Shown here piece by piece: positions 1-13,824 of a stretch of DNA of 64,000 nt. The DNA comes from Phoronis australis (lineage: Eukaryota; Animalia; Phoronida). Each line of letters begins with the position of its first letter. Within the stretch, counting starts at the first letter, position 1. The notes under the pieces are model-generated. The model ran no database searches and was not told where the DNA came from. It saw only the letters and a list, made by a program, of their open reading frames with translations. The stretch lies in assembly GCA_002633005.1 (NCBI GenBank), contig NMRA01000257.1, forward strand, positions 258,566-322,565, in the 5' to 3' direction. Position numbers and translations under genes: made by a program.

Positions 1-946
1 AATCAACATTAGCCAGGATTCCGTTAGGAGAAAACACATTTGCAAAATTTTGTAATGAATCTTTTAACCCTGTTATATTTAGGAGATACAGCTGCAGACA
101 TCAGATGCCAACTCAAAGATGACTACACAGCATATTCCCACATACATTCATGTAGGCACATAAAAACTCTTCAAAATAAAAACAAATTCCGTATCAAAAT
201 ATAGGTTTATATACTAGATTGTACTACAAAGAAGCGTTAAAACCCTCCTTGAACAAATATTTATAATTCCAGATGTACAGGACTATACCCAGACAGTCCT
301 AGCAATGCGTTAGCAACACAAGAAAATGATTTGAACACTTGAACACAAGTAAATCACGTGATACGTGAAGTAGCCTGTTGGTGCCATGTTACATCATCCG
401 AAACAGCAAACAAAGAATGGCTGATAGTTTTGAATACCTGCCAGTTAGCATGTTAGCAATATGTATCTGCTGTGAATACAAGTCAGGGCATATGGAATAG
501 AACTCTTATAAGTACAGTTGTTCATTACTGTACGAATTATCTATGATAATTGCAGTCAGATAGTAAGTCGAACAGTTCATTACATTTGGCAATTTATGAC
601 TTCATTGTGGTCATAGAGATCCTTTAAAAACACTTTACAGGAACTAAATTTACATGGAATACCAATCAAGGTAATGAAAGCTGCAAGACCTGACCTTGCA
701 CCAATCAGACACCATTACTCAAGATACTTTCACTCTGTAGCATTCGGGTATGGCAACATGGCTCATGTTGCTGACAGTACATGCACATTCAATTGATTTG
801 CTAACTTTACATTAGAAAAATATAAACTTGAGATGATACAACAATATACACCCACTTTGTACATTGAACTTGGAACAAGAAGTTGAGAATTCTGCGCCCA
901 TTATTACAGTCGTTGCTGTAACACTTGAACGACGTGAAGTCATGTG

Positions 947-3900
947 TCAAAGATCAGCAACCACCCATTTGGCAATTGACTTGCGCATAGCTACCATCCA
1001 TCTGAAAAATTGACACAGAAAATTGCAAAAAGAACCTCTGAGAGACATTTTGCTAGAAGAATGTATGATAACTGATGAAGAACAGGATAGTATGGCAACT
1101 CATGTTTGCCACTACCATCACCAAAAACACTTAATAGTAACAATAAAAACAATGAAAACAAGCATTTGCCAAAAGACGACCTAACTGTCCCCTATCGCCT
1201 TGGGATGCATGCATTGTTAGAGTTAAAATTTTATGCTCTTTCACAATTACTTTGAGCAACAATTTATTTCCGTGTCAAAGGAAGTTGCAGTGTGTTTCAT
1301 GTTAAAACTACAACCTACCTTTCCTTGTCTTTATCGAAGTCTGCGTAGAAACAGAAGGTTCGAAGACTTTCATTTGGTGGAACTAACTTAAAGCCATGTT
1401 TCTTCATCTCTGGGGCGTCTATTACACTGTAACCATGGAGATGAAATAATCCTGGAAAAATAATCCTCAGGTCAATATGAAAAACTGTGAGACAAATACT
1501 TATTAATAAGTTTTTACATCAAACATCAACACACTGAGTGCAATGTAACCACCAGAAATTTCAAAAAACAAGCCCTCCAAATAACTAGTCATGGAACTTA
1601 CTATATTTGGAGAAAAATAAAAAGGCTCATGGGCCTAGTCCCCGAGTCATAACAAAAAGTTTCAGTCATTTGTAGATTCTCGCAAATATACAGCATCAGC
1701 AAGAGTCAAAAAAACAAGGCTTCGTGGGGACAGAACATATTTCAGCAAGTTTTCCACTTATCTACAAACAAACCTAACTACCGGAATTATGGTACCATAA
1801 ACTCTCCCATCATCACATATTGGTCGTCATTCTGTGTCAATGTCACTGTCATGTTTCCATTCATAGCCTTTCAAAACTACGCTCAGCCTTATGTTTGGGC
1901 CGTAAAAAGGTAAAAACACATCATTTCCTGATATTTACCCTAGACCTTACTATCATAAGTTTCTGACTAAGTTCCCAAGTAGCTTTGTTTCAAAACTTAA
2001 AATATTGCGGCCTATCGATAAATAAGTGGCAAATAAATTTATTTCATTCCTTGCAAATAAATTTCATGAACATCAAGAACATGCTGAGTTACTTGTACTA
2101 CTGAGTTATGCGATAGCAAATACCAAATATTTTTTGTTAAAAATTACCCCCCCCCCCCCAACTAAGATTAACAATTTTTTGTCTACTAATGGTACGCACA
2201 ATGTAGAGGACATTGAGCTGTATGTAACCTCATTGGGTCATCACCAGAGCTTTGTATGACCAATACAATACCTTTGGCCTTCCAGCAGCTGAATATAACC
2301 TTATAGGGTCATCAACAAAGCTTTACATAACCAATACAATAGCCTTTAAGCATCTGTATGTAACATAATAGGGCCATCCACAGAGCTTTGCATGACCAAT
2401 ACAATACCTTTGGCCTTTGAGCAGCTGTATGTGACCTCAAAGGGTCATCAGTAGAAACTTAACATGACCAACACAATACATTTAACCCTTGAGCAGCAGT
2501 ATGTGAATTCCTGGGGTCATCAACAGAGATTTACATGACCAATACAATACCTTTAGCCTTGGATGACATTGATTCCACATAGTAATAAAGGCAGGCATCC
2601 TTGAGGACACAGAAGCGTTTCTTCCAACTTTTGTAATGTCCGCCCATCTTTGTCAGGTATCCGTGACAGTCTACATCTCTAATAGATAAGGCTGGCATAT
2701 TAATGTGATGACTACTGATGTCAAGCCAGTAGTCCATGCCATTGTTGTCTGACTTTGATGCCTCTCTGATGACTTCGGTCCAGCTGACAAATAATACAGA
2801 AACATCCGCATTATCATGTCAATTAGAGGATTAAATAGAGAATCCTACAAGAGTGTTGGGGTTTATGACATGGGCAAAACCTCTTGGGAACTTCGTCAAA
2901 ATCCCGAGGCTTGCTGAGTAATTCAGTTAATTTTTGCTAATAGTTTTATTTTAAGCTTAAAAACTGTAAATTGCATTCAGCTTTTGCAGCAAATATTCAA
3001 GTTGGAATCTAATAAATAGTCTTTGAAGATGTAATATTAAAACTTCAAAAATGTTAAAGCTTTGGAATAACAGTCAGCACGGCTTCCCCGCACGTGAGCA
3101 CTGAATTGACTTTGAGACAGCACAGGTAGACAGTATCGCCGCGTTTCTTTAGCTGGGGCTCGTCTCCATTTGAATGAACGTGGAAATGAAATTCCGTTTG
3201 AATGAACGTGGAAATGGAATTCCGTTTGAATGAATGTGGAAACGGAATTTGCAGCCAAAGATGGGTTCGTTTAAGAAGTTGTTTGCATGTCCTTCCGACT
3301 GAGAGTACGTACAGTTGCGACACCCGATTTGTCAATCATAACCTTGTCACCTTCTTGGAATTCCAGCATTGCTTGGTTGGCGCGTGTTTGGTTGTTTTAG
3401 TGTTTTGAGACGATAAACTGTAAGGCGTATGGATGTCTACTTTGCACCGCTTTGTGATTTGCCCTTGTAATATCAAAAAATTACGTACTCGGTGTTATTA
3501 ACCAGTCGTGTTGTAACACATTCCAGGTCATGTGAGAAATGTTAATTAGCAACCATATTGAAATGTACTATCAACTTAAGACAAAGTTAATAACTAAAAT
3601 ATTGAATGTTTTTCATTGTTCTAAGACTACTAACAGTCATGTTATATGCTAATGCCCAGAACACTGCTTGATGGTAGCAACAGTGAGGAAGAACTAAAAA
3701 CTCGGATAATTATCTTTTAACAAAAGTATCGAAAATAAATTCAGTCAGACACCACGATACTGGCTGTTAAAAATGTGAAGAAGAAAAAAAAACGTCCCAC
3801 ACGTTGAACTTCATCACAGTATTCAAACTGAATTCAGGTGAATAGACTTTCCATATCAATGCCCCTTTCAAAAACAGTATTTTTACCAGAAATGCATGGT

Positions 3901-6900
3901 CACATGACTATGACAATGGCACAGTGTTGTGAATGGCATGAATAGATTTGCCTTTTACTCCTAGTTTAAGAAAGCATATACTTTTATGGGTTGACAGTCG
4001 CTAGTTACCAATTAGAGGTGTACGTAACCTTAAACACTATGTACATTGTCTCAGGTCAATATCGTACTTTGTGACCTCTAAACACTCACTTTTATAAAAG
4101 AACAGCAGCAAATGAGAATGCAATGGACAAAAAATCCAAAACTAAACAGCGTATCGATCCTGTTTATACCTTAAAAATTCTTCCTTTGAACTTGCTGCAA
4201 AGTAGTAGGTGTCTGCCCCATATCGGCTAATTCGAAATGCAAAGTCTTTGCCAGCATTTGTTGCCTTGGTAATTGTGTAATTCTTGAGAGGAATGGCAGC
4301 TAGAGGACTGTGATCCTGTCAAAGTAATAACATTAACAACATAGACTACGCTCCACAGTATTCACATCTACCAGTGAGATTACAAAAGCAGAGCCAACAT
4401 TTGCTTTGATTTTAAACCCAAAGAAACAGAGAGGAAGAACTAGTAATAAGGTGCCTTGTGTGACGACCAGGACACTAAGCGAAGGTCTACGTGAGACTCA
4501 TGGTATTTATCATGCTCTCAATCATGATCACCTGCAGATCACTATTCAACGTACAATAACAAAATGGACCTCCATAGCACTAGCCTCATTTTCCTTTGGT
4601 ATATTCCAACAAAACCAAGCGAGCCATTTAGTACTGGAAAGTAAACAATAACATGTTGAGATGGTGATGAGACGAGGACTTAAGGCTGTATTACTTACAC
4701 ATTCCTCCTTAAAGACATAAAGACAATTATCTTGTTTGAGAACACACCATCGCTTTTTCCATGTCTTAACTAAGCCAGTTATACTGCGCTTCAATAAGGT
4801 TCCAAAAATGACTGGTTGAGAAACATCTTTAAAGTGGTTAGCAGGCTTGTCTGGTCTGGGAGTCAATCCGAGGCTTATCCTCTGGCTGCAGGAGTCTGTG
4901 AATATGAAAACGGGTCAAATCATATTATAGCAATATTAGAACATGCATCTGCTTTACGCAGAGTGTACAATTTAAGACATCAGATATTCAGTGCCTCGGT
5001 GACTTGACTCTGAATCATTTGCCTGGGTTAAATGCGTGAACTGAACACAGCCATAGTGGCACCAACATGTATATAAATTGCCATGTTTAGTGAGACAACA
5101 TTGCAGGTGAATTTTTTAAGACTGCTGGCTGATAAACAAGACAGTCACTCTGTGACACTTCTCCCTTCAATTAACAATCTGTCCCAAAATCGATGTCAAT
5201 AGAAACATGTGCCATATTTCATGAAAAGATTCATCTTGGAACTTGTATTGATAGACAGGAAGACACCCAAAACAATATCCAAAAATAGAACAGTGAAGAA
5301 CAGTTCATCAATGGGCAGATTAAAATGAAATTCTCAAACCTTTCTTAAGAATAGCCACCACTTCTTCATGTGTAGTTGCCATTACACACTGCCCGTTGAT
5401 ACAAACAATAGCATCACCTTCCTTTACACCAGCAGCTGCAGCAGCACCACCTGTTGAACACAACATAAAGTAAGCCGATTCATTTAGGAAGCAGAATCCG
5501 ACAGTCAAACTTATCAAATCTCTGTTTGCATAATCTTTGACCGTTTACCATGATTGACAGTGGTGCAGTCTTATCTTATCTGAAACAACACATCAGTGCT
5601 ACATCAGCACAGAGCTCTATACTGCTGCTTCACTGGAAATGTAGATTGAAAGTGAACCTGACCTTTACCGCAATAAAAACAATCCACAAAACAAAGCAAC
5701 TTGTATGCAGATGTGTAGATAATGTAATAAAATGCAAAGTGTAAACGAGACAGCAATTGTATCAAGTAAATATTCCAGTATTTACCTGGTGTCACTGTGG
5801 ACACAAACACAGGACAACTGCCAGACACATGGAACCCGAAGTCTTCATCTCCTGGACGTTTTTCAATAGTTGCCAGTTTTTCAGCCTCTGGAAGATTTTA
5901 ATAATCACTTCTGTCGTACAATTATGAAAAATCAAAGCACGGTATTTAAGTATAACATCAAAGCCCAAGCCGATCCAGCCAATTTTTTCTGAGTCAAGAA
6001 GCGCATTCATTGTTGCCAGTCGCCCTTTTCAGAGGCAGCAAAAAATTCAAAACATTGCATTTTTGTAAACTATAAAAACGAAATCAATTTTTAATAAATT
6101 TCAAACTTTCAAACATAGATGATGCAAATATGGCAAAGCAGTGCAACACTTATTCGATAATTTTATGCACTGGCTTTTTCTTCATAAAACAAATTCATAA
6201 CCATCACTTTTGCAGAGAAATAAAACTTTCGGTATTCTCTTAGAAATCACCTTATCGTTGGAACAAACTCTTACCTGTATTTAAAATAAGTGTCTGTCAA
6301 ATATCAGTGTGTAAATTTTGTAGTGAAAGCCACATTCTCTATTAAATTAAATTTGCATGTTAAATGTCCTACTACAAACTCTTTTTGAACTCGTGTTGTT
6401 ATGAGAATATGTTAGATGAAAAAAAAGTTTAGGTGCACCCAGTTGTAAATTTAATGTTCATATTTGCCAAACATCAAATTCAGTCCAATACTCTAAAGCC
6501 GTGACCCCAAGTTAGTATTAATAAGCAGATTGGCATAAACAAACTTAAGGCAGGTGACTCGAAAATAATACAGAATAGCAAAGGACAGTCGGGGTTTACT
6601 CATCAGGAACACACCAGCCACTTTTCACAAAAAACTTTCAGTTTGGTGGACAGAGAGGCAGACATCCTCTTCTTAATAGAAACCTATCTGCCAAATTTGC
6701 GAAGAACTCCGAAGATGGGCAAGCATAAAAATAGACTTGCCACAAGGGGACACAGTGGAGATTAAATCAGTCCAAAATCCGTTACCATCTGTGGTCAGTT
6801 TCAAATAAACACATCTGACAAATTTCATTAAGATCCTATACAGGGTTTAGGAGAACAGCTGATGCTAAAGGCCAGGACACTCAGACAGAGATGACATCAA

Positions 6901-9900
6901 CATGCACTCACAAGTATCCAAGCTATCACACGACCCCTGAACAAACTCTCTGAAATCAAACACCACTTCAAATGTACTAAATTGCACATGGTGCAACAAA
7001 AAGGCAATCATCACGTTCTAGTATGATGTATCAGAAGCACAATGCACTACATCCCTCACCTCCTTTGCCATTTATAACATGCAAAAGCTCATCCTTAAAC
7101 TAAAAATGACTCGAACTTAACATAAGGAGTGAACCCACCAAAGTACTGGTTTGTCATCCTTTTCAAATATGCATCCTGGCTGTCATGACGCTGGACTACC
7201 TTCCTGGTGATTGCCTGGTATCGATTACGGAACTCTGACTCCGATGCTGTCGTTGCGGTGGAAAGACCTCGCTCTCTCTGGTCTTCAAATGAGGATTCTT
7301 CAATCTCTCCTTCAAATACTTAAAACAATTGTAATCAAAAGATTATGTCATTGTGATTTTTGGCACAACAATTAAACTTATGGTCTCTTGCAATGAATAG
7401 AAACTGATTCTGGTTTCATGTATACTAAACAGAGACCATTAGCCTAGAAAATGTGCAAAAAGTGTAACAGTAGGAAAATGAAAGTTGTGCTAAGCACATG
7501 ACTACACTGAGCAGGGGAGATCATGATGAAAACTATAATTATACTAAAGGGCACAACAGCGGGCAACAGGTATTGATGATCAACAAAATTTGAGCCAATT
7601 GAAGGAATTACGAGCTGTAAATTGAAGTCTACAAGAACAAAGTGCATCGATTGTTTAACTAGTTAGTGGTACCCATAGCCAGCTTCATAAACACATGAGG
7701 CACATTAACATATTGGGAAGTAAATATATATCACTTCAGCTCTAATATGCATAGTATGTTAATCTGTCTAGACTACATGTAAAAAGAGAATCTAAAGAAA
7801 GTTTAATGTGGTTTGAGTATTACATCAGAAATGTTAACATGCAAAATACTAGATAGTGACATATCCTACATCCTAGGCCGATACTGGAAGAGTTCCTGTA
7901 AATTACACTTAACCCAGAAAAACTATCGGATGTCACGTCACTCTAAGAAGTTGTACCTTTCGAGTGTAGTGGGGCACCATTGGAGACCCTCGATGTTTTC
8001 AAATCCTCCCAACTAACTCGAACAAATATTTTGGTTATCAACATTTATTTCCAATCTCATCCTTCATTCACCACAATTATTAGCATATTAATCAATTTTC
8101 AGTAAATATGTAGAGGGCAGAATGAACACTTCCAGCATAGGTACATGTAACCCACAAGTCCATAGTGAAAACTGGCAAAGTAAACAATTTGTTGATGAAT
8201 GCACTGGAAAAAAGCTTGATTGCCAGAGTATTGGCTCAAGTTAGAAGGATTTAAAGAAATCAACAGCCTCCAATTAACATGTACTTAGGTTTATAAGGTA
8301 CATATAACGACATGACATTGTTGTTTTAGCCTAGGCAAGGCATACTTTGTCAAAAAGATTCTGGTGTACATGAATGATTAGGATACAATGCCATTGTAAG
8401 GCAAGGAGCATAGCCTTAGACGGAGGAACTGACATAAGACGCGACTCCGTTTTACATGACTTCCGACAAGTTCATTGAAAGTTTCCAAACCTTCTCCACT
8501 TCATGTGCACAACGAAGGTAAAGAAATCAGAGTGGGTCAAAAGAGAGGTTAAAATGATACTATATGACTTTGTGTAAAGGACAGTTAATTGTGTGCCAGT
8601 GAGAACAGAAATTTACTTTTTTCAAGGCAAAGAGGCTTATCAATGAGAAGACCTGCAGAGAAAATAACAAAATAATGCTTTAGAATCAATGAAGTTATCT
8701 AGAGCCATAAAAACATCATCTTGAATAATGCAAACAATTCAAACTCAAAAAAACAACTAAGTTTGTGAGAGTTAATGCCACCAAGGAACTTGGTATATTG
8801 AGGCAGATGCAAAAAAGATCGACTGTCACAATCGGGCACTGAGTACAAGTCAGATCTGTCTCAAAGCGGGAGGATGGGATTTTATCCATGACAGAACCAA
8901 CCCTGCCAAACTTCATGGAGATACATCAAGGAGAATGCAAAGGAACTGAAATTGCCACCAGGGATGCTGCAGTCATCACATTCAGGCTATTAAAACCAAA
9001 GTCAGACAAGCAATTCTCAATAGATACAAATCTGTCAAATTTCACGACAGTCCTTCAAGTGGTTTGGCAGATAGAGAGGCAGACACCAAAAAGCAGAACT
9101 AAAACCCTTTAAATGGTCTCTCTATGATATAAAAGTAAATTTCACAAAGGATATAGATATAGAGATCACCGCAAACAAGAGCTTAGCGTTGATACGCAGC
9201 CACCGTGTGCATTATAAATGGCAAAGATATAGAGCGTGCTCATTTTATCAAACATTTCCATGCATCAGAGTGAGCAACACTAGTGAGTCTCTATTGTGCA
9301 CTCTGTGCTTAGTCATCTAAAAACTGGCAAATGCAATCTGCGTATGTGTAGATATTGAGATTGACGCAAAGAAAACTAAATTACCACTAGATGCCACTAC
9401 AGTAGTAGGTTCCATCCAATAATCGATGCCAGTCGTTCTCACCTTACAGGGGAAAGCAACTGCTTTTAATGTCACCTTTAGTAAAATTACAGATTCCTGG
9501 CAAACTTGGAAATACACTTTCCGTGTTTAAACTCCTGTTTCCCAGACAAGTATTGACTATATTCATAGAACAATCAAGTGACGTGAATCGTTGAGCAAAA
9601 AGCAGCAACTTGAACCTGCATTCACATTCACTGAGCAAAAATGTATGACTGACATGTAGACTGCAAGTGATCAACAGTGAGCAGGACAATGCGTATATTC
9701 AATGGAAGTGACTACAGAACCATCCCGAATGCTGACCTTTTGCTGAGCCGTACAAATCACATTAGTTTTGCGAGGGATTCCAGTAATTGACACGGTAAAG
9801 GAGAATTTCCTCTTTAAGGCAGTCTTAATTAACATACTAAAACCATGGACCAAATGAATTTCACTGCTTAGATCCGCTAACTTGGTTTATTCAAGCAGTG

Positions 9901-12900
9901 TCTGTGATTTTGGTTTGACCTAATTAACGCCGAGTGAGTTTTTAAGTAACCCAGTGGTGATGTTTGATGTTTTTGCTTTGGACCAAACAGGTGCGCAAAA
10001 ACAGGAAAATATAGAATAACAGCCCAAAAAAATACAACAGACAAACTATGCAACAGTATAGACCAAGCCAAAATATTAAACTGCGAATAGAATAAATCAA
10101 GTTAGCGGCGGTGAATTTTCCATTAAAGCGCTAATTTAAATAAACTCCATTCAATCCTTGGTTTTAGGTTATCATGTGTCAGCAAAAGTGCTAACCTGAG
10201 AAGAATTTTATAAAAAAACAAAGCTTTTCATCCCAAAACAATAACCAAAACAGCGCTACAAAGAAGGCACAGCATTACCCTTTACACTTAGGCTAGACAT
10301 GTATAAACCTCACCCACCATTGTCTTCCTGAACTGGGCTATCAACTGAGTGATTCAGCCATGACTGGTTATCATTACAGCCAATCTTGACCCATGTAGAT
10401 GCTCTGTAAGCAGCATCATAGACACCTGAAAGGACCAAAATGATCTGATACAGTAACTACACGATCACCAGTGCTGTAGTGGTAAACTGAAAGGTAAGTA
10501 GGCGCCCAAAGCCCACCGTATCACACTGGGCATGCAACGTAACTTACGGTGCGTAGGCGCTATGTTCATATGCCAAAAGGTGGTGGGCTGCACCTACGTG
10601 CGCCTACGCCCCACTACAGCATTGACAATCACCACAAATATGACACAGTTACACAGCCCAGTAACACAGTGAAGCTATATACAGTAATTCTCTCCCTATT
10701 TCGGACAAAAATAATTGGCAAAATTGTCATTTTTCTATTTTCCAAAGTCTAACTAATTCACCACAAATATTGGAAAATATGCCCCAAAGCTCTCAAGTTC
10801 TTGACATCTACAAAGAAACCATGTCACATACCATGGGTTAGTGTTTACAGACCAGGGGCCTGTTCCAAGAAACTGACTTAAGTTCATTTTTGACTTAAGT
10901 TTAAGATTTGTCTTAACTTCCAAACTTTGAAATTTCCACATTTGGTAAGTTAGTCAAAATTAAGACAAAATTTATGTCAAACACATAAGTCAAACTTAAG
11001 ATCTCTTTCTTCAATTGGTTTTGAGACAAATTCAAACTTTATTTTAAAATTTACTAAAATTGTAGATTTGTCTAAGCTAAGTCAGTTTTGCTAGAACGGC
11101 CCCTAATTATTAGACTAAGACTGAGCCCAGACGAAGTGCGTTAACCTAGCCAAGCAAAAAATCAAGCATATAATAAAGACATGACAAAAATGGGCAAGTC
11201 CTGTTCTCTCGCCTGCATAAAATCTTATCTGCAGAATTCTATTAAGATCCTTAATCAAACTTAGTGAACATTGACGGAAGCACTAGGGGGCATATCAGTA
11301 TTCGAGGCTGTCAAAAAATCGACGATAACTTTGTCAAATAATTCTTCAGATTGGAAGAATGCCAAAAATGGGGCAAACACTTTTCAAATTGCTACAAACA
11401 TGAGTAGGCACTGTCATCTTCTTTGTACAGAAACCAATATGTCATATTTCACAAAGTTCCACCACGAGACTAATGGCCACTCAGATAGAGGTAGATGCAA
11501 CTGAAAACTAAAAGTAAAATTTGCCTCAAGAGGTCACAGCAGTAGTTGGATCAGTCCAAAACTAAACAAATCTGACGTCTAGTTAACAGAAACAAAAATA
11601 CTTAAATTGCCATTAGGAGGCACACACGGTAACAGAGCAGTCTGTAACAGTACTCCTTCATCAACTCTGGTAGATACAGTCTAATATTTTACCACCTGAG
11701 CACAGTATTGTCTTGGCGGGGCATTTTCCTCTCAGCTACTAACTTGAGTTCAGTTATCACCTTTGCTGGTTATTTCGCTATGTGGCATCCGTGGTATAAT
11801 CTCGGGTGGGTACTTGTCTTTGTGTTATCCTATTTTATCGAATGGGAATTTATTTTTGTTTTATCAGTAGCATAATCGAGCAGCCAAACAAAAGAAATGG
11901 TCGTGCTTCAGGGAGTTGCTCAAATGGTATCCTCTCAAGCAGGATTTACAACCTGTACTGTTTTTATCTAGGGATCCCATTTTGTCAGTTGCCAACTAGT
12001 AGGTGATATGATGGTCTTCATTTTGAATGTGCAACAGCACTCATTACTTGGAAGAGAAGCTCAAGGTATACATTTCTTAAACTTGGCTGACTTAAATGTA
12101 AAGAACAAACGAAGTCCAAATCACATACTGATATTCCCAGCACATCTATTTGTATGACAGGCTAGTCTAAACAACCTTTCAGAACTGAATTTAAATGACC
12201 TCTACATGAAAAATACAGATATGTCATGCTGTCAAAAACCGGTTCTTGAATAAAAAGATTTACCGTGCTTATCCGGATTCCTGCCCTGGGTGCATGAATT
12301 GGGAATTCAGAAATATGTTCATCACTTCAAGGCTTCACATAATCAGCACACAATATGGCCATGTGAAATTCTAATTGTCAAATGTCTCCAAAAACTTAAA
12401 GCTTAAGAAAATCTTATTTTATAACTAGCATGGTTTGCCTGTGCTGTGCAGATGTCATAAAACTACTTTAGGAACATTTTCCATTAAAAAATGGAAAAAT
12501 GACAGTTTTTAGCGATTGTTTTTGTACGAAAAGTGAAGAATCACTGTTAGTCGTAGAATATTTTCTGTAATGCCAAAGTTGCAAATTTTCAGATTTTTTT
12601 TAAACCAAACATTTCAAGTGCTTAGGTATTCTTTCTGCAAAGCATATTATTAGACAGGAATAGAAAAATATCTTGTTCCGCAAATCAAATGTACAGTTTA
12701 AAATTGAAAAAACATGTTCACTGCTATGAAGGTCACCACCTGCTATTTTTACACAGAACTTGATAAATTAAGGTTTAGAACCTTTCGAAGTCCCTTGTCT
12801 AAAGAGGAAAGCAACTGCTTTGCACCTTTAATTTAAACAAAAATCATTGGTTCACATGCAATGCTATTTTTCAGTCTAAATTTCTGTTACCCTGGCCCTC

Positions 12901-13824
12901 TGCAGCTGCATGCAACAATTGTAAAGTGACAATAAAGGCCCTGTAAAAGGCCCACCTTTATATGTCTGTATTCTTGTCCATTGAGCCAATGCAATGACCA
13001 ACTCACTATTGAATTGTGTGAGTCAGTAGTAATTGGGTGATTAAGGTAATTTCTGTATTGTTGCACACATAGCAGCTGGAAAGCAGGCACAGGACAACAA
13101 TCTCCTTAAAAACAACACCAAAAAATTTTTTGGCTTCCCCTTTAAAGCCGACATATTTGAAATCAGTAAAAACATCCAACATTCTCAGAATGATAGTGAC
13201 CGTGAATAAACTTTTAAAAACGTCACATGGTGCCACGTGACATAACTTACCACTGTCATCGTCGTCATCTTCACCATCACCATCGTCATCATTTTCATTG
13301 CTCTCTGTAATTGTATGTTGCCTGACACTCTGGCGCGCTGACTGCCTCCTCATCACAACTTTCACGTCTCGTGGTTCATCGCTCTCGCGCACATTAACAC
13401 ACACAACTTTTGTAAAACTTTTAGTCAAGTCATCGCAGTCCGTCTCCGACGGCAGGTTCATGTTGGGTGCACCAGTATCACTACTAGACTGACCTGGATC
13501 TACACTCTCCACCTCAGACACACCATCCTGGTCTGAGTTCACTGCATGCTGGTGTGTACCTTTGTAATTGACAGCAGGTTCTATAGCCTCCAGTTTCCCA
13601 TTGGCATCCAAAACAATAACACCAGAGCCCGTGTCCTTATTATGGTGTAATTCGTAACACACTTCAGTCTGTGGCATGGAATCTCCCTCATGATCATACC
13701 CATTCTGTTCACATTGTTCATTGTCATCCACATAATCCTCTTCAGAGAGAAATTCAAATGCTGCACTGATTTTGGCAGACACTCGGCTTGCCCTGAACTC
13801 CGACCTTCTAGTTCCAGCAGACAT
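947..13824 (-). CDS. PDZPH1: PDZ + tandem PH domain protein (PDZPH1-like), spliced; coding exons 13824-13251, 10425-10318, 7318-7139, 5887-5786, 5450-5340, 4895-4699, 4315-4170, 2783-2551, 1451-1319, 1001-947 (about 612 aa)
   Basis: All joins are GT-AG and phase-compatible (total 1839 nt). PDZ: DFGFHVSGSCPVFVSTVTPGGAAAAAGVKEGDAIVCINGQCVMATTHEEVVAILKK. PH1: GTLLKRSITGLVKTWKKRWCVLK...YYFAASSKEEFLSW. PH2: GYLTKMGGHYKSWKKRFCVLK...FYADFDKDKERWMVAM. Acidic low-complexity N-terminus; an in-frame TGA lies upstream of ATG 13824. The symbol is inferred from domain order only. Confidence 0.8.
2214..2560. repeat. Minisatellite of about 72 bp, about 4.5 diverged copies, overlapping a splice donor
   Basis: ATGACCAATACAATACCTTTGGCC and GGGTCATCA cores recur at a spacing of about 72 bp (one unit about 64 bp). 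The last copy includes the exon/intron junction at 2551/2550. Confidence 0.85.
3166..3249. repeat. 28-bp tandem repeat, 3 copies
   Basis: CCGTTTGAATGAACGTGGAAATGGAATT-like units start at 3166, 3194 and 3222. Confidence 0.85.
10469..10624. mobile_element. hAT-type MITE (156 bp)
   Basis: TIRs CAGTGCTGTAGTGG / CCACTACAGCATTG; 8-bp flanking direct repeat ACGATCAC / ACAATCAC (7/8 match). Confidence 0.8.
10682..12546. mobile_element. Diverged inverted-repeat pair of about 60 bp (CAGT...ACTG ends); possible old Tc1/mariner-type non-autonomous element or two fragments
   Basis: 10682-10743 (CAGTAATTCTCTCCCTATTTCGGACAAAAATAATTGGCAAAATTGTCATTTTTC) resembles the reverse complement of 12487-12546. TA flank is present on the left only. 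Confidence 0.35.
10855..11103. mobile_element. MITE, possibly PIF/Harbinger-derived
   Basis: TIRs GGGGCCTGTTCCAAGAAACTGACTTA / TAAGTCAGTTTTGCTAGAACGGCCCC and internal CTTAAG palindromes; TSD not clear. Confidence 0.6.

Noticed and set aside
3166-3249. CRISPR-like array
   Set aside because: Head-to-tail repeats without unique spacers, located in a eukaryotic intron.
8700-9900. Cluster of short ORFs on both strands
   Set aside because: No frame continuity or recognisable domain.
11105-11650. Helentron-associated (HINE-like) repeat sharing AAATTGCCA(T/C)TAGGAGGCACA with 21771-21791
   Set aside because: The shared motif suggests a repeat family, but termini and class could not be defined.
13006-13250. 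C-terminal part of the 272-aa ORF as coding
   Set aside because: Lies past a consensus GTAAGT donor at 13250; it is intron read-through.
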